Of a stretch of 64,000 nt of DNA, positions 29,580 through 40,571 are shown in pieces. Below the pieces are notes generated by a model. That model saw only the letters and a program-made list of their open reading frames with translations, ran no database searches and was not told the DNA's origin. Origin of the DNA: Bacilli bacterium. GTDB taxonomy: Bacteria; Bacillota_I; Bacilli_A; ML615J-28; CAG-698. Numbering within the stretch: the first letter of the stretch is position 1; the number at the start of each line of letters is the position of its first letter. The stretch lies in NCBI GenBank assembly GCA_017450215.1, contig JAFSVH010000057.1, forward strand, positions 11,154 to 75,153, read 5' to 3'. Position numbers and translations under genes: made by a program.

Positions 29580-30209
29580 ATGGATATTAATTATAAAGAT
29601 AGATTTGTTGTCGTTAGTGAGATTATAAAAGATTGTCTTCTTGATATAAGATATTATTCATCTTTTAATTTTGTTGGTACAAGAGTAGATGGATATTTAG
29701 AACCGATTGCTATTCTTACAAAAGAAGCATGTGATAAATTAAATGAAGCTAATGAGATATTTAAAAAGTCAGGTTATATCATTAAAATATTTGATTGCTA
29801 TCGTCCTCAAAAAGCAGTTAATCATTTTGTGAGATGGGCAAGTGATGTAAATGATATTAGAACTAAAGAATATTTTTATCCAAATGTTAATAAAAAAGAT
29901 TTATTTGATTTAGGCTTTGTATCAAAAAAATCAGGTCATAGTAGAGGTTCTACTGTCGATTTAACATTAGTTAATATGAAGACTGGAGAATCTATTGACA
30001 TGGGAGGTGGCTTTGATTATTTTGGTGAATTATCACATAGTGATTATCAAGAAATAACTATTGAACAATATAATAATAGATTATTACTTAGAAATATAAT
30101 GGTAGAATGTGGGTTTAAGACAATAAAATCTGAATGGTGGCATTTCACTTTAATTGATGAACCTTTTAAAGATACATATTTTGACTTTGATGTAAAAAAA
30201 GATTTCTAG
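29580..30209 (+). CDS. ddpX: D-alanyl-D-alanine dipeptidase (peptidase M15D, VanX/DdpX-like)
   Basis: SGHSRGSTVDL, EWWHF and YRPQ motifs of the VanX family. GAGG RBS. Confidence 0.8.
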   Translation: MDINYKDRFVVVSEIIKDCLLDIRYYSSFNFVGTRVDGYLEPIAILTKEACDKLNEANEIFKKSGYIIKIFDCYRPQKAVNHFVRWASDVNDIRTKEYFYPNVNKKDLFDLGFVSKKSGHSRGSTVDLTLVNMKTGESIDMGGGFDYFGELSHSDYQEITIEQYNNRLLLRNIMVECGFKTIKSEWWHFTLIDEPFKDTYFDFDVKKDF

Positions 30210-30275
30210 ATTATTTATGATTGTGATAAAATATATATGTATATATAATAAGTAATTTATAAAAGGAGAAATAAA

Positions 30276-32567
30276 ATGAAATTTAAAAATATTATATTCT
30301 TAATTATTATTGCTTTTGCTTGTGTTTTCGCTCTTGTTGGTTGTGGTGAAGACCCAATTGATGATGGTGGAGATGATAAAGAATACATTTTAAATGTTAG
30401 TACTTTTGGTAATCTTGAAATCAATGAAGAAAAAAGACTTGATATTCAAGTTGAAAACATCAATTTAGCTGATGTATCTGTTATTTCAAGTGATGAAAGT
30501 ATTGTAAGTGTAAGTAGTGAAGGTATTATAAAAGCATTAAAGGCTGGTACAGTTACTATCACAGTAAAAGTAAATGGTCATGATGAATTAACAAAGACTT
30601 TCACAATCACAATTAAAGAAGAAACAATTGAATTAAATATTGAAAATTATGAATATGATTATGATGAAGGAGCAAGCTATGAACTTGGCTTAAGTAGTTC
30701 AAATAATGCTTCATCATTATTTAAAGCCGGTTTCAATTATTCATCAAGTGATGAAGGAATTATAAAGATTGATAATGATGGTAAAATTGAAACTATTGGT
30801 GTTGGTAAAGCAACAATTACTGTTACTTCTAAATTAGATAGTAGTAAAAAATATACATTCGAACTTGAAGTTAAATTAGATCCTTTAAAAGTAATTGAAT
30901 CATTCAATATTGAAGAACCTTTATATCAAGAAGTTAAAAGCTTTGGTAATACTGAAATTAAGCAAATGGTTAAAGGTAGTGTTAATTTATATACTCCAAT
31001 GGATCTTAATTTGATTGAAAACATTGTTCCTATTACTAATAATAGTCCTTATGTTGGTCAAACTGCTACAGAAGAATTATTGCAAAAGGCTGAAAATGAA
31101 AATAAATATGTAAGAAGTGGTATTCTACATACTGAAACAACTAAAATCACTTATCATGATACAGGAAATAATAACAGAGGTGCTGATGCTCCAATGCATG
31201 CAAGATATATGATTAGTGAAGGTAATATCAGTGCAAGAAGTAGAAGCTGGCATTATACTGTTGATGAAAATTGTGCTATTCACCACATCCCTGATGAGGA
31301 AGTATCATGGCAAGGTGATACATATGGTTCTTATTCAACAAGTATTGGTATTGAAACATGTGTGAATGAAGGCAGTGAATTTGATATTACATGGCATAGA
31401 ACAGCTAAATTAATGGCATCATTATTAAAGAAGCACAATATGGGCTTCTCTGATATCTTGCAACATTATGATTGGATGGGTAAGAATTGCCCTCAAACTC
31501 TAAGAATGAATAATTTATATCCTTATGCTTTTAGTATGATAAAAGCAGAATATAAAGTTATTACATTATTAGATGGCTATACTATTAAGTTTTATTCTTT
31601 AAATAATGATTTAGTAGATGATAATGGTCACATTGTAAATATTCCAGAAACTGCTACAGAAGTAGGTTATATTGTTCATATTTATAATGATAAAGGCTAT
31701 GATGCAAAGAAGATTCTTTATACTACTATTCCTGGACTTGATGGAAGCAAGAAAGATAGTAACAATAATGCAAAAATTAAAGAAGCTTATGCTGAATTAA
31801 TTGATATTAATAAAGATAATTATAAATCTATATTTGAAAAATTTAATAATTTAAGTGTTGATGAAATGTTACGTGCAACAGGTCATGAATATTTAGTTAA
31901 GGAAGTTGATAAACTTTTATCAACTGATGCAGCACTTAAAAAAGATTTATGTATTTCTGAAGTTAATATGACTAATAATACAATGTATCAATATATTGAA
32001 CTTAAGAATAATAGTAATGAGACACTTAAATTAGAAGGATATTATTTAAAATATATTGAAGGTGAAAAAGAAGTAACACTTAAACTAAATAATAAAGAAT
32101 TTAGTAAAAATACTAATATCATTATTTTTGGTGCTTTGAATGAAGATTTTGAATATAATGAAAAAGTATTATATCCAGATTTAGTTGTAGATTATAAATT
32201 CGGTGCAAGTGGAACTATTAAGTTATATAATGCTAATGATGAATTGTTAGATTCTGTAACTTATAGCAGCTATTTATCTAGAGTTGGAAATAGTGGTGTT
32301 GAAGCTGATGATTTTGTGTCTACTGTTATTTCTCCTGTTAATTCAAGAGGTGAAATATACGAAGTTAGAAGTGGAGTAAATGACAAAGTAATAGCAACTG
32401 AAGTAGCAATTCTTAAGATTCCTAGTGAGCTTGTGAAAAACGATGAAACAAAGGCATTAATTGATAATGCTTATGCATTATATAATGCACTAGGATCAAA
32501 AGAGAAATTGAAGGTAAGGAATTTCACAAATCTAAAGAATATTAAGGCTGCTTATGATGCTTTATAG
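30276..32567 (+). CDS. Lipoprotein N-acetylmuramoyl-L-alanine amidase (Ig-like Big_2 repeats, Amidase_2/PGRP domain, C-terminal beta domain)
   Basis: Lipobox LVGCGED. Two Big_2-like repeats. The Amidase_2 core carries WHYTVDE, IGIETC and HYDWMGKNCPQ. Confidence 0.7.
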   Translation: MKFKNIIFLIIIAFACVFALVGCGEDPIDDGGDDKEYILNVSTFGNLEINEEKRLDIQVENINLADVSVISSDESIVSVSSEGIIKALKAGTVTITVKVNGHDELTKTFTITIKEETIELNIENYEYDYDEGASYELGLSSSNNASSLFKAGFNYSSSDEGIIKIDNDGKIETIGVGKATITVTSKLDSSKKYTFELEVKLDPLKVIESFNIEEPLYQEVKSFGNTEIKQMVKGSVNLYTPMDLNLIENIVPITNNSPYVGQTATEELLQKAENENKYVRSGILHTETTKITYHDTGNNNRGADAPMHARYMISEGNISARSRSWHYTVDENCAIHHIPDEEVSWQGDTYGSYSTSIGIETCVNEGSEFDITWHRTAKLMASLLKKHNMGFSDILQHYDWMGKNCPQTLRMNNLYPYAFSMIKAEYKVITLLDGYTIKFYSLNNDLVDDNGHIVNIPETATEVGYIVHIYNDKGYDAKKILYTTIPGLDGSKKDSNNNAKIKEAYAELIDINKDNYKSIFEKFNNLSVDEMLRATGHEYLVKEVDKLLSTDAALKKDLCISEVNMTNNTMYQYIELKNNSNETLKLEGYYLKYIEGEKEVTLKLNNKEFSKNTNIIIFGALNEDFEYNEKVLYPDLVVDYKFGASGTIKLYNANDELLDSVTYSSYLSRVGNSGVEADDFVSTVISPVNSRGEIYEVRSGVNDKVIATEVAILKIPSELVKNDETKALIDNAYALYNALGSKEKLKVRNFTNLKNIKAAYDAL

Positions 32568-32568
32568 A

Positions 32569-32602
32569 ATAAATAACGCCTTAGGGAGATAGTTCCTTAA
32601 GG
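32569..32602 (+). terminator. Rho-independent terminator
   Basis: GCCTTAGGGA-GATAGT-TCCTTAAGGC followed by T8. Confidence 0.7.
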
Positions 32603-32778
32603 CTTTTTTTTAAAATAATAAAAAATGATATTTATTAATTTAAAACTATTTTTACTATGACTAAATGAATTATTAATAATTAACTCGAAAAAACTAGGTA
32701 ATTTCCTAAGTATAATGAGTATATTTTTCTTTTGTTTTATGTTATAATCTTGATTAGATTATCAAAAAGAGGTGATTT

Positions 32779-33795
32779 ATGTTTTCTTTTAGAAATGATT
32801 ATAATGTTTTATGCCATGAAAATATTATTAAAGCATTAATAAATGCAAATGGTAAACAACTAGATTGTTATGGATTAGATGAATATAGTAAAGAAGCAAG
32901 TGAAAGAATTAAAGACATCTTTGATTGCAAGAATAGTGAAGTTCACTTTCTTTGTGGTGGTACACAAACTAATATGGTTATGATTTCTTATATGTTAAGA
33001 GATTATGAAGCCGTTTTAGCATGTTCAAGTGGACATATTAATATTCATGAAACTGGAAGTGTTGAAGGCAGTGGACATAAGATTTATACTTGCAAAGGTA
33101 GAGATGGAAAAGTAACACCTCAAGATATTAGGGATGCATTAATTGTCAATTGCAATGAACATACAGTTAAAATTAAGATGGTATATATTTCTAATTCAAC
33201 TGAAATTGGAACAATTTATTCTTATCAGGAATTAAAAGAATTGAGCGAAGAATGTAAGAAAAACAATTTATATTTATTCATTGATGGTGCACGTTTAGGT
33301 GCCGCTTTAACATCTAAATATAATGATGTAAAAAGAGAAGATATTGCGAAAATTGCTGATGCTTTTTATATTGGTGGAACTAAAAATGGTTTAATGATTG
33401 GTGAAGCATTAGTTATTGTTAATAAGGAATTACATGGCTTTTTTAGACATGAAATGAAAAATAAAGGTGCGATGATTGCGAAAGGCTATTTGTTAGGTAT
33501 TGAATTCAATGAAATATTTAAAGATGATTTATATTTTAAATTAGCTTCTCACACTAATGAAATGGCTTATTATTTAAAAGATGAATTAAGAAAAATTAAT
33601 ATTGATGTTAATGATTCACCTACAAATCAATTATTTGCTTTCTTTGAAAGGAAGAAAGCACTTGATTTGATTGATAAATTTGGTCTTGAATTATGGACTG
33701 ATTTAGATGATAAAATTGAAGTGAGATTTGTTACTTCATTTAAGACTGAAAAAGAAGATGTTGATGTTTTAATTAATTATTTAAAGAATTATTAA
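32779..33795 (+). CDS. ltaE: Low-specificity threonine aldolase / beta-eliminating lyase family PLP enzyme
   Basis: Pattern typical of threonine aldolases: N-terminal FRNDYNVLCHENI, GGTQTNMV, and a PLP Lys region GGTKNG. Confidence 0.65.
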   Translation: MFSFRNDYNVLCHENIIKALINANGKQLDCYGLDEYSKEASERIKDIFDCKNSEVHFLCGGTQTNMVMISYMLRDYEAVLACSSGHINIHETGSVEGSGHKIYTCKGRDGKVTPQDIRDALIVNCNEHTVKIKMVYISNSTEIGTIYSYQELKELSEECKKNNLYLFIDGARLGAALTSKYNDVKREDIAKIADAFYIGGTKNGLMIGEALVIVNKELHGFFRHEMKNKGAMIAKGYLLGIEFNEIFKDDLYFKLASHTNEMAYYLKDELRKINIDVNDSPTNQLFAFFERKKALDLIDKFGLELWTDLDDKIEVRFVTSFKTEKEDVDVLINYLKNY

Positions 33796-33813
33796 TTCTT
33801 TTGGAGTGTTTTA

Positions 33814-35211
33814 ATGGCAAATGAGCATAAAAGAACACTTGATTTGACTGTTGGAAATTACAAAAGCAAAATGATTATTTTTGCTATTCCTATATTTTTA
33901 AGTTCTTTGCTTCAAACTTTATATAACACAATAGATTCAATTATTGTTGGTAATTATATAAATAAACAAGCACTAGCTGCAGTCACTTCAAGTAGTAATT
34001 TAATATTCTTACTCAATAGCTTTTTTATTGGTATATCAATGGGAGCAGGAATATTAACAAGTAAGTTTTTTGGGGCTAAGCAGTATAATAAAATGTCTAA
34101 ATCCATTCATACAGGTATTACTGTTAGTTTCTTTTCAGGAATATTATTAACAATTGTTGGTGTTAGTCTTACTCCAACAATATTAAAATGGATGAATACA
34201 GATCCAAATGTTTTACCTCAATCTATTGAATATTTTAAATATTATTTTTTAGGTTGTTTAGCAATGGTTATGTATAATACCTTTAATGGTATATTAAATG
34301 CTGTTGGTAATTCTAAAAGACCATTAATGTATCTTGCAATATCATCAATATTAAATGTGATTTTAGATATTGTATTTATTAGAGTTTTTCATGGTGGAGT
34401 AAAGAGTGCTGCTATTGCAACTACCATTTCACAATTCATTAGTGCAATTCTTTGTTTGATACACTTACTTAATAAAGATAATATTTATCATGTGGAAATA
34501 AGAAAAATAGGAATTGATAAAGAGATGTTTATAGGAATGCTTAAATATGGCCTTCCTACAGGAATACAAAATTCGGTGATTGGTCTTGCTAATGTCTTTG
34601 TTCAATCTAATATTAATAAATTTGGTGAAGATGCAATGGCAGGATGTGGTTCATACAATAAATTAGAGGGCTTTGTTTTTCTTCCGATTATGTCTTTCAC
34701 AATGGCGATAAGCACATTTATTGCTCAGAATTTAGGTGCTAATGAATTTGAAAGAAGTAAAAAAGGTGCTAAATTTGGTATTATTACTACCATGATAATG
34801 GCAGAAATTGTTGGAATTGTATTTTATTTGATTGCCCCACAAATGATTTCTATCTTTAATCAAGATATAGAAGTAATCAAATATGGTACATTAGAAGCAA
34901 GAACTATTAGTATATTTTTCTTTCTACTAGCTTTTTCTCATTGTATTGCATCAGTTGCCAGGGGTGCAGGAAAGGCAATTGTACCAATGATAGTAATGCT
35001 AGCTATTTGGTGTGTTTTAAGAGTAACTTATATAAAAATTGTAATGATATATACAGATAATATTAAATATGTATTTATAGCTTATCCTATTACTTGGTTT
35101 ATAAGTTCTATTATTTATTTAATCTATTTTCTAAAATCTGATTGGGTTCATAGCTTTATAAGAAGTGAAGAGAAGAAGAGATTAAGAGAGATGGAGAAAA
35201 ATCAATTATAA
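33814..35211 (+). CDS. MATE-family efflux transporter
   Basis: 12-TM protein of 465 aa with MATE motifs in both halves (PIFLSSLLQTLYNTIDSIIVG). Confidence 0.8.
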   Translation: MANEHKRTLDLTVGNYKSKMIIFAIPIFLSSLLQTLYNTIDSIIVGNYINKQALAAVTSSSNLIFLLNSFFIGISMGAGILTSKFFGAKQYNKMSKSIHTGITVSFFSGILLTIVGVSLTPTILKWMNTDPNVLPQSIEYFKYYFLGCLAMVMYNTFNGILNAVGNSKRPLMYLAISSILNVILDIVFIRVFHGGVKSAAIATTISQFISAILCLIHLLNKDNIYHVEIRKIGIDKEMFIGMLKYGLPTGIQNSVIGLANVFVQSNINKFGEDAMAGCGSYNKLEGFVFLPIMSFTMAISTFIAQNLGANEFERSKKGAKFGIITTMIMAEIVGIVFYLIAPQMISIFNQDIEVIKYGTLEARTISIFFFLLAFSHCIASVARGAGKAIVPMIVMLAIWCVLRVTYIKIVMIYTDNIKYVFIAYPITWFISSIIYLIYFLKSDWVHSFIRSEEKKRLREMEKNQL

Positions 35212-35323
35212 TAATAAATATTATAATAATAATAAATATAATTATTTAAATAATTATATTTATTATTTTTTTATGTAGTATGTTATAATATTGTTAATTT
35301 AGTGAAATTTAAAAGGAGTTTAT

Positions 35324-36220
35324 ATGAGCTTTGTTGAAAAGAAAAAAAGACGATGCGGTGATAGAAAAGATGGAATCTGGGTTAGAGATATTACTGGTTT
35401 GAATGTTATGATGAGTTCTTTATATCCTAATAGATGTGATTGCGAAGTATGTATGCATGAAGAATTGGATATTACAAAACTTTTAGAATATATTGATAAG
35501 AAGAATAGTGATGATCCAGCACATAAAACAAAATTATTTCATTGCATTGTTGCTATGATGGTAAGAATTGTAAATACAAGAAGATATTTAAATCGATTTG
35601 TTAGAACTAATAGAATCTACGAAAGAGATGAAATTACAGTATCATTTGTTGCTAAAAGAGCATTTAATGATACTGCTGAAGAAGCACTTGTGACTTATAA
35701 AGCAAAAAAAGATCATACAATTAAAGATGTCACTAAATTCATATTAGGTGAAGTAGATGAAGTTAGGAATACCAAGAATAAGAAAAAAGATTTGAATAGT
35801 ACGATTAATAAAGTTGCTAGGTTGCCAAGACCATTATTAAGGATGATTACTGGTTTTGTTAGATGGTTAGATAAATATGGAAAAGTTCCAAAATCATTAA
35901 CTCATGGTGACCCTGCTTATTCCACAGTGTTACTTTCAAATTTGGGAAGTATTAAATGTCCTTCTGTATATCATCATTTAAATAATTATGGAACTAATTC
36001 AATAATGATGACAATTGGTACAATGAAGAAGAAAAATATCTTAAATAGTGATGGAAGTATTGAAACAAAAGATGTAGTTGATATATCTGTTACAGCAGAT
36101 GAAAGAATTGCTGATGGTTTTTATTTTGCAAAATCAATTAAAATGTTAAATTATTTATGTTTACATCCTGAAATATTGGATTTACCATTCGATGAAGATG
36201 TAAATTTAGAAGAAAAATAA
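35324..36220 (+). CDS. CAT/E2-fold acyltransferase-like protein with a variant active-site motif
   Basis: The C-terminal segment TADERIADGFYFA aligns with the DHRxxDG motif of 2-oxoacid dehydrogenase E2 and the HHxxxDG motif of CAT and condensation domains, but has Glu where the catalytic His would be. Confidence 0.4.
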   Translation: MSFVEKKKRRCGDRKDGIWVRDITGLNVMMSSLYPNRCDCEVCMHEELDITKLLEYIDKKNSDDPAHKTKLFHCIVAMMVRIVNTRRYLNRFVRTNRIYERDEITVSFVAKRAFNDTAEEALVTYKAKKDHTIKDVTKFILGEVDEVRNTKNKKKDLNSTINKVARLPRPLLRMITGFVRWLDKYGKVPKSLTHGDPAYSTVLLSNLGSIKCPSVYHHLNNYGTNSIMMTIGTMKKKNILNSDGSIETKDVVDISVTADERIADGFYFAKSIKMLNYLCLHPEILDLPFDEDVNLEEK

Positions 36221-36232
36221 AGGAAGAAATAA

Positions 36233-37903
36233 ATGGAAAAATTAGAATATTTAAAAGGTAAACTATTTGATTCAGTATTAGAAATTGCTAACAAGTACCC
36301 TGATAATATTGCATATGAATTTATGGGTAAAAAAGTAAAGTATAAAAAATTCATTTGTGAGATTGATTTATGTGCTAAAGCTCTTATAAAATTAGGAGTA
36401 AAAGAAGATGACATTGTTTGTATTGCTATGCCTAATGTTCCTCAAGCAATTATCATGTTTTATGCTGTTAATAAAATTGGAGCTATTAGCAATATGATTC
36501 ATCCATTATCATCTGAAAATGAGATGTTACAACTTTTAAATAGAGTAAAGGCAAAGACTTTATTACTTATGAACCAATTCTATAATTCAATTAAGAATAT
36601 TAGAAAAGATACGAGTTTAGAAAATGTTATTATTGCATCTATAAAAGAAGCATTACCAGTAATGAAAAAAGTTCCTTATGCTTTGACTTTAGGAAGAAAA
36701 GTGCCAAAAATTGATAAAGGTGAAGCTGTTCTTTTATATAAAGATTTCTTAAAAGCAGTTAAGAATGATAATATTGAATTACCAAAGATAAGTGATAGAG
36801 AAGAAAAAATGGCAGTAATTCTTCAATCTGGTGGAACTACAGGAAAAATGAAGGGTGTATGTTTGTCAAATAAAAATATCAATGCTTGTTCTGTCCAAAT
36901 GAAAGCAGCAAATCCAATGATTGATTCTACTGATAAGATGTTATCAGTTATGCCGATTTTTCATGGTAATGGTTTAGTTATTGGTGTTCATACAATGCTT
37001 ATCACAGGAGCAAGATGTATCTTGATTCCTCGATTCTCTCCTGCAACTTATGCAAAAGATTTATTAAAGCATAAATGTAATTATATGTCAGGTGTTCCTA
37101 CTTTGTTTGAAAAACTTATGGGTGTTGATTGTATGAAGAATGCAGATCTTTCATTTTTGAAAGGTGTTTTTTCTGGTGCTGATTATTTGTCAGTAGAATT
37201 AGAAAGAAAACTAGATTCTTTCTTTGAAAAACATAATTGCCCAGTTAAGATTAGACAAGGTTATGGTATGACAGAAGGAGTTGTTGCTACATCACTTAAT
37301 CCAATGGTAGATTTCAAAGAAGGTTCAATTGGTCTTCCTTTACCTGATACAAATATGAAGATTGTTGAAGCGGGAACTGACAAAGAATTACCAGTTGGTG
37401 AAGTTGGTGAAATAGTATTTTCATCACTTACTAATATGATGGGATATTATAATGATGAAGAAGAAACAAAGAATACATTAAGATTACATAGTGATGGTAA
37501 ATATTGGATTCATTCTGGTGATCTAGGAACAAAAGATGAAGATGGCTTTTATTATTTTAAAGGTAGAATTAAACGGATGATTGTAACAAATGGTTATAAT
37601 GTATTTCCAATGGAACTTGAAAACATAATTGAAGGAAATGAAATGGTTGATAGGTGTTGTGTTATTGGAATACCTGATAAAGAAAGAATAGAAAAAGTTA
37701 AAGCATTTGTTGTATTAAAAAAAGGATTTGAAAAAAATGATGAAACAAAAGAAAAACTAAGATCATATTTCAAATTGAATATTGCAAGATATGCTATTCC
37801 AAGAGAAATTGAATTTGTTGAAGATTTACCTAAGACAAAAATAGGAAAAGTAGATTATAATAAATTAAGAGATGAAGAAATAAGAAAATTAAATAATGAT
37901 TAA
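36233..37903 (+). CDS. AMP-dependent synthetase/ligase (acyl-CoA synthetase, FadD-like)
   Basis: AMP-binding motif ILQSGGTTGKMKGV, the GYGMTEG region and a C-terminal PKTKIGKVD. Confidence 0.8.
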   Translation: MEKLEYLKGKLFDSVLEIANKYPDNIAYEFMGKKVKYKKFICEIDLCAKALIKLGVKEDDIVCIAMPNVPQAIIMFYAVNKIGAISNMIHPLSSENEMLQLLNRVKAKTLLLMNQFYNSIKNIRKDTSLENVIIASIKEALPVMKKVPYALTLGRKVPKIDKGEAVLLYKDFLKAVKNDNIELPKISDREEKMAVILQSGGTTGKMKGVCLSNKNINACSVQMKAANPMIDSTDKMLSVMPIFHGNGLVIGVHTMLITGARCILIPRFSPATYAKDLLKHKCNYMSGVPTLFEKLMGVDCMKNADLSFLKGVFSGADYLSVELERKLDSFFEKHNCPVKIRQGYGMTEGVVATSLNPMVDFKEGSIGLPLPDTNMKIVEAGTDKELPVGEVGEIVFSSLTNMMGYYNDEEETKNTLRLHSDGKYWIHSGDLGTKDEDGFYYFKGRIKRMIVTNGYNVFPMELENIIEGNEMVDRCCVIGIPDKERIEKVKAFVVLKKGFEKNDETKEKLRSYFKLNIARYAIPREIEFVEDLPKTKIGKVDYNKLRDEEIRKLNND

Positions 37904-37926
37904 ATAGTATATTAAATATATATGAG

Positions 37927-37958
37927 AAAAACCACCCAAAAATGGGTGGTTTATTTAT
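37927..37958. terminator. Bidirectional terminator between convergent genes
   Basis: AAAAACCACCCA-AAAAT-GGGTGGTTT followed by ATTTATTT. Confidence 0.65.
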
Positions 37959-39334
37959 TTGTGTTCTGTAATATATCTAGCAACGTAAATACCACTTGCT
38001 GAAGCATGTGATAATGAATGTGTTACACCACTACAATCACCAATAACAAATAAATTTGGATATTTTGTCATTAGGTTTTTATCTATTTCAACATGCATAT
38101 TGTAGAACTTAACTTCAACACCATATAATAATGTATCCATATTAGCTGTACCAGGGGCAATCTTATCTAGTGCGTATATCATTTCTACAACACCATCTAG
38201 AATACGCTTAGGAATAATTAAACTTAAATCTCCTGGAGTTGCTTTTAAAGTTGGTGTGATGAATCCTTCATCAATTCTTGCTTTTGTGCTACGTCTACCA
38301 CTTACAAGATCACCAAATCTTTGTACAATTATTCCACCACCTAGCATGTTAGATAATTTTGCTATATTCTCACCATAGCCATTGCTATCTTTGAATGGTT
38401 CTGAGAATTGTAAGCTAACAAGTAAAGCAAAGTTAGTATTTTTTGTATGTAGTTTTGGATCTTCATAACTATGACCATTAACTGTGATGATTCCATTTGT
38501 GTTTTCGTTTACTACAACACCATGAGGATTCATACAAAATGTTCTTACTTGATCATTAGTGTTCTTTGTTTTATATACTATTTTAGATTCATATAATTCA
38601 TTAGTGATTTCTTGGAATACTTCAGCTGGAAGTTCAACTCTTACACCTAAATCTACTCTATTTGATTGTGTAGGAATGTTTAAATCAGATGAAATCTTTT
38701 CCATCCATTTACTACCACTTCTACCAACTGAAATAATTACTTTATCACCATAATATGTATCATTATTTATATTATCAATGTTAATTTTATAGATTTTATC
38801 TACATATTCAATAGATTTAACTGGTGACTCGAAGAAGAAGTCAACTTTATCTTTAAGTTCATTATAGATATTGCCTAAAACGATGTAATTGATTTCTGTT
38901 CCAAGATGTCTTACTTTTGCATCTAACAAATGTAAATCATGTTCTAAGCATACTTTTTTGAATTTTGTATTGCCTGTTTCAAATGTTCTAGTTTTTTCAC
39001 CACCATGGCTTACATTGATAGTATCAACATATTCCATTAGGTCTAATGCTGTTTCTTTACCGATGTATTCCCAAAGATTACCACCAAAATTATTTGTGAT
39101 ATTATATTTACCATCGGAAAAAGCACCAGCACCACCGAAACCATTCATAATAGCACATGTTTTACAATTGATGCATGAAGTTATTTTTTTGCCATCGATT
39201 GGACATTTTCTTTTTGCAAGCTCTTTTCCAGCTTCAAAAACAGCAATTTTCATTCCCTTATTTAATTTAACTAATTCATAAGCAGAAAAGATACCACCAG
39301 GACCTGCTCCAATAATTATACAATCGTATTTCAT
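37955..39334 (-). CDS. FAD-dependent oxidoreductase (COG2509-type, Cys-cluster-containing)
   Basis: FAD fingerprint DCIIIGAGPGGIFSAY and a Cys cluster KCPIDGKKITSCINCKTCAIMNGFGG. Confidence 0.65.
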   Translation of the reverse strand: MKYDCIIIGAGPGGIFSAYELVKLNKGMKIAVFEAGKELAKRKCPIDGKKITSCINCKTCAIMNGFGGAGAFSDGKYNITNNFGGNLWEYIGKETALDLMEYVDTINVSHGGEKTRTFETGNTKFKKVCLEHDLHLLDAKVRHLGTEINYIVLGNIYNELKDKVDFFFESPVKSIEYVDKIYKINIDNINNDTYYGDKVIISVGRSGSKWMEKISSDLNIPTQSNRVDLGVRVELPAEVFQEITNELYESKIVYKTKNTNDQVRTFCMNPHGVVVNENTNGIITVNGHSYEDPKLHTKNTNFALLVSLQFSEPFKDSNGYGENIAKLSNMLGGGIIVQRFGDLVSGRRSTKARIDEGFITPTLKATPGDLSLIIPKRILDGVVEMIYALDKIAPGTANMDTLLYGVEVKFYNMHVEIDKNLMTKYPNLFVIGDCSGVTHSLSHASASGIYVARYITEHK

Positions 39335-39811
39335 AATGACCTCGTTTGTTTATTATTATATTTTGTATTCAGTTAACCACGAATACTTTACGATTATATC
39401 ATAAATTATTCATTCTTTCCATCTTTTTTTGATTTAGTTTCTTTTTGTTTTAAATAATGTGTATTAAATAAAAAAACATATTACATGCTTTGTGTTCATA
39501 TATTACTATAAAAGCTAGGCGATTTCATTTTTGAATATTCGTGGGGATATGATATTTTAGTATTTCATAGTGACGATTTCTATGCTTTACAACAAGCATA
39601 TAATGATGAATATATTTCACAAATCGATTTATGTGAAATTTATAGAATTTATCATAAATGATTTAACAATATGATAAAACATTATGAAAAAATAAAAAAC
39701 AATTTTCATGAAAATAATGTTTCAAAAGAAAACATTTTCAAGCGATTATTTTCATTGATTGCTTGAATTAAATTATAGTTTTGGTAAAATAATAGTGTAA
39801 TTAAATATTTT

Positions 39812-39960
39812 AGCCGATATATACCTTCATTAAATCGTGGCGAAGGAGTCTCTACCGCATTGCCCTTAAGAATGCGACTATCGAGGAAATATACCCTAAA
39901 AACAAGGGGGTAATTTCGTTTCTTTTTATATTGGCGTTATTTTGTAACGTCTTTTTTTAT
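39812..39960 (+). promoter_or_regulatory. Candidate purine (guanine-type) riboswitch-like leader with an intrinsic terminator upstream of xpt
   Basis: GUCUCUACC resembles J2/3 GUUUCUACC and GCGACUAUC resembles J3/1 GACUAUG of purine aptamers, but the loops are atypical. Downstream lies a terminator ACGTTA-TTTTG-TAACGT-C followed by T7 (39937..39960). Confidence 0.35.
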
Positions 39961-40001
39961 TATATTAATGAATAATTTATTAATGAATAATTGAGGTGCA
40001 A

Positions 40002-40571
40002 ATGAAAGAATTAGAAGAACGAATTATCACTGATGGTGAGGTTTTATCTGGAAATATCTTGAAAGTAGGTAGCTTTTTAAATCAAAAGATTGATTGTCAC
40101 TTACTTAAAAAAATGGCTAAAGAGACTTTGAAGTTTTTTCCAAAAGAAAAAATTACAATGGTATTGACAATTGAGGCTTCAGGCATAGCATTTGCAACTG
40201 CACTTGCTTATGAATATGATGTTGAATTGGTGTTTGCAAAAAAGACAACATCAAGTAATGTTAATGGAAATTTAGTTTCTGCATCTGTTGAATCATATAC
40301 TCACGGAAAAACTTATAATATTACCGTACCTGCTGATTATTTTACCAAAGATGATGTAGTTTTGATCGCTGATGATTTTCTTGCAAAAGGGAATGCATTA
40401 AAAGGCTTGATTGAGATTGTTGAAAGACTGGGAGCTACAATTGCTGGTTGTGTGGTACAAATTGAGAAAGTTTATCAAAATGGTGGTAATAAATTGAGAC
40501 AAAAAGGGTATAAAGTTATTGCTCTTGCAGGAATAAAATCTATGGAAAACGGAAAAATTGAATTTGTTTAA
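40002..40571 (+). CDS. xpt: Xanthine phosphoribosyltransferase
   Basis: Close similarity to Bacillus Xpt throughout (VLSGNILKVGSFLNQ, IEASGIA, PRPP motif VVLIADDFLAKGNA). The ORF track starts at a GTG at 39996. Confidence 0.9.
   Translation: MKELEERIITDGEVLSGNILKVGSFLNQKIDCHLLKKMAKETLKFFPKEKITMVLTIEASGIAFATALAYEYDVELVFAKKTTSSNVNGNLVSASVESYTHGKTYNITVPADYFTKDDVVLIADDFLAKGNALKGLIEIVERLGATIAGCVVQIEKVYQNGGNKLRQKGYKVIALAGIKSMENGKIEFV

Noticed and set aside
39560-39770. Two small ORFs (28 aa and 32 aa) in the 660-bp leader upstream of xpt
   Set aside because: They have no RBS and are AT-rich with low complexity. The region is better explained as a 5' UTR/riboswitch leader plus the divergent promoter region.
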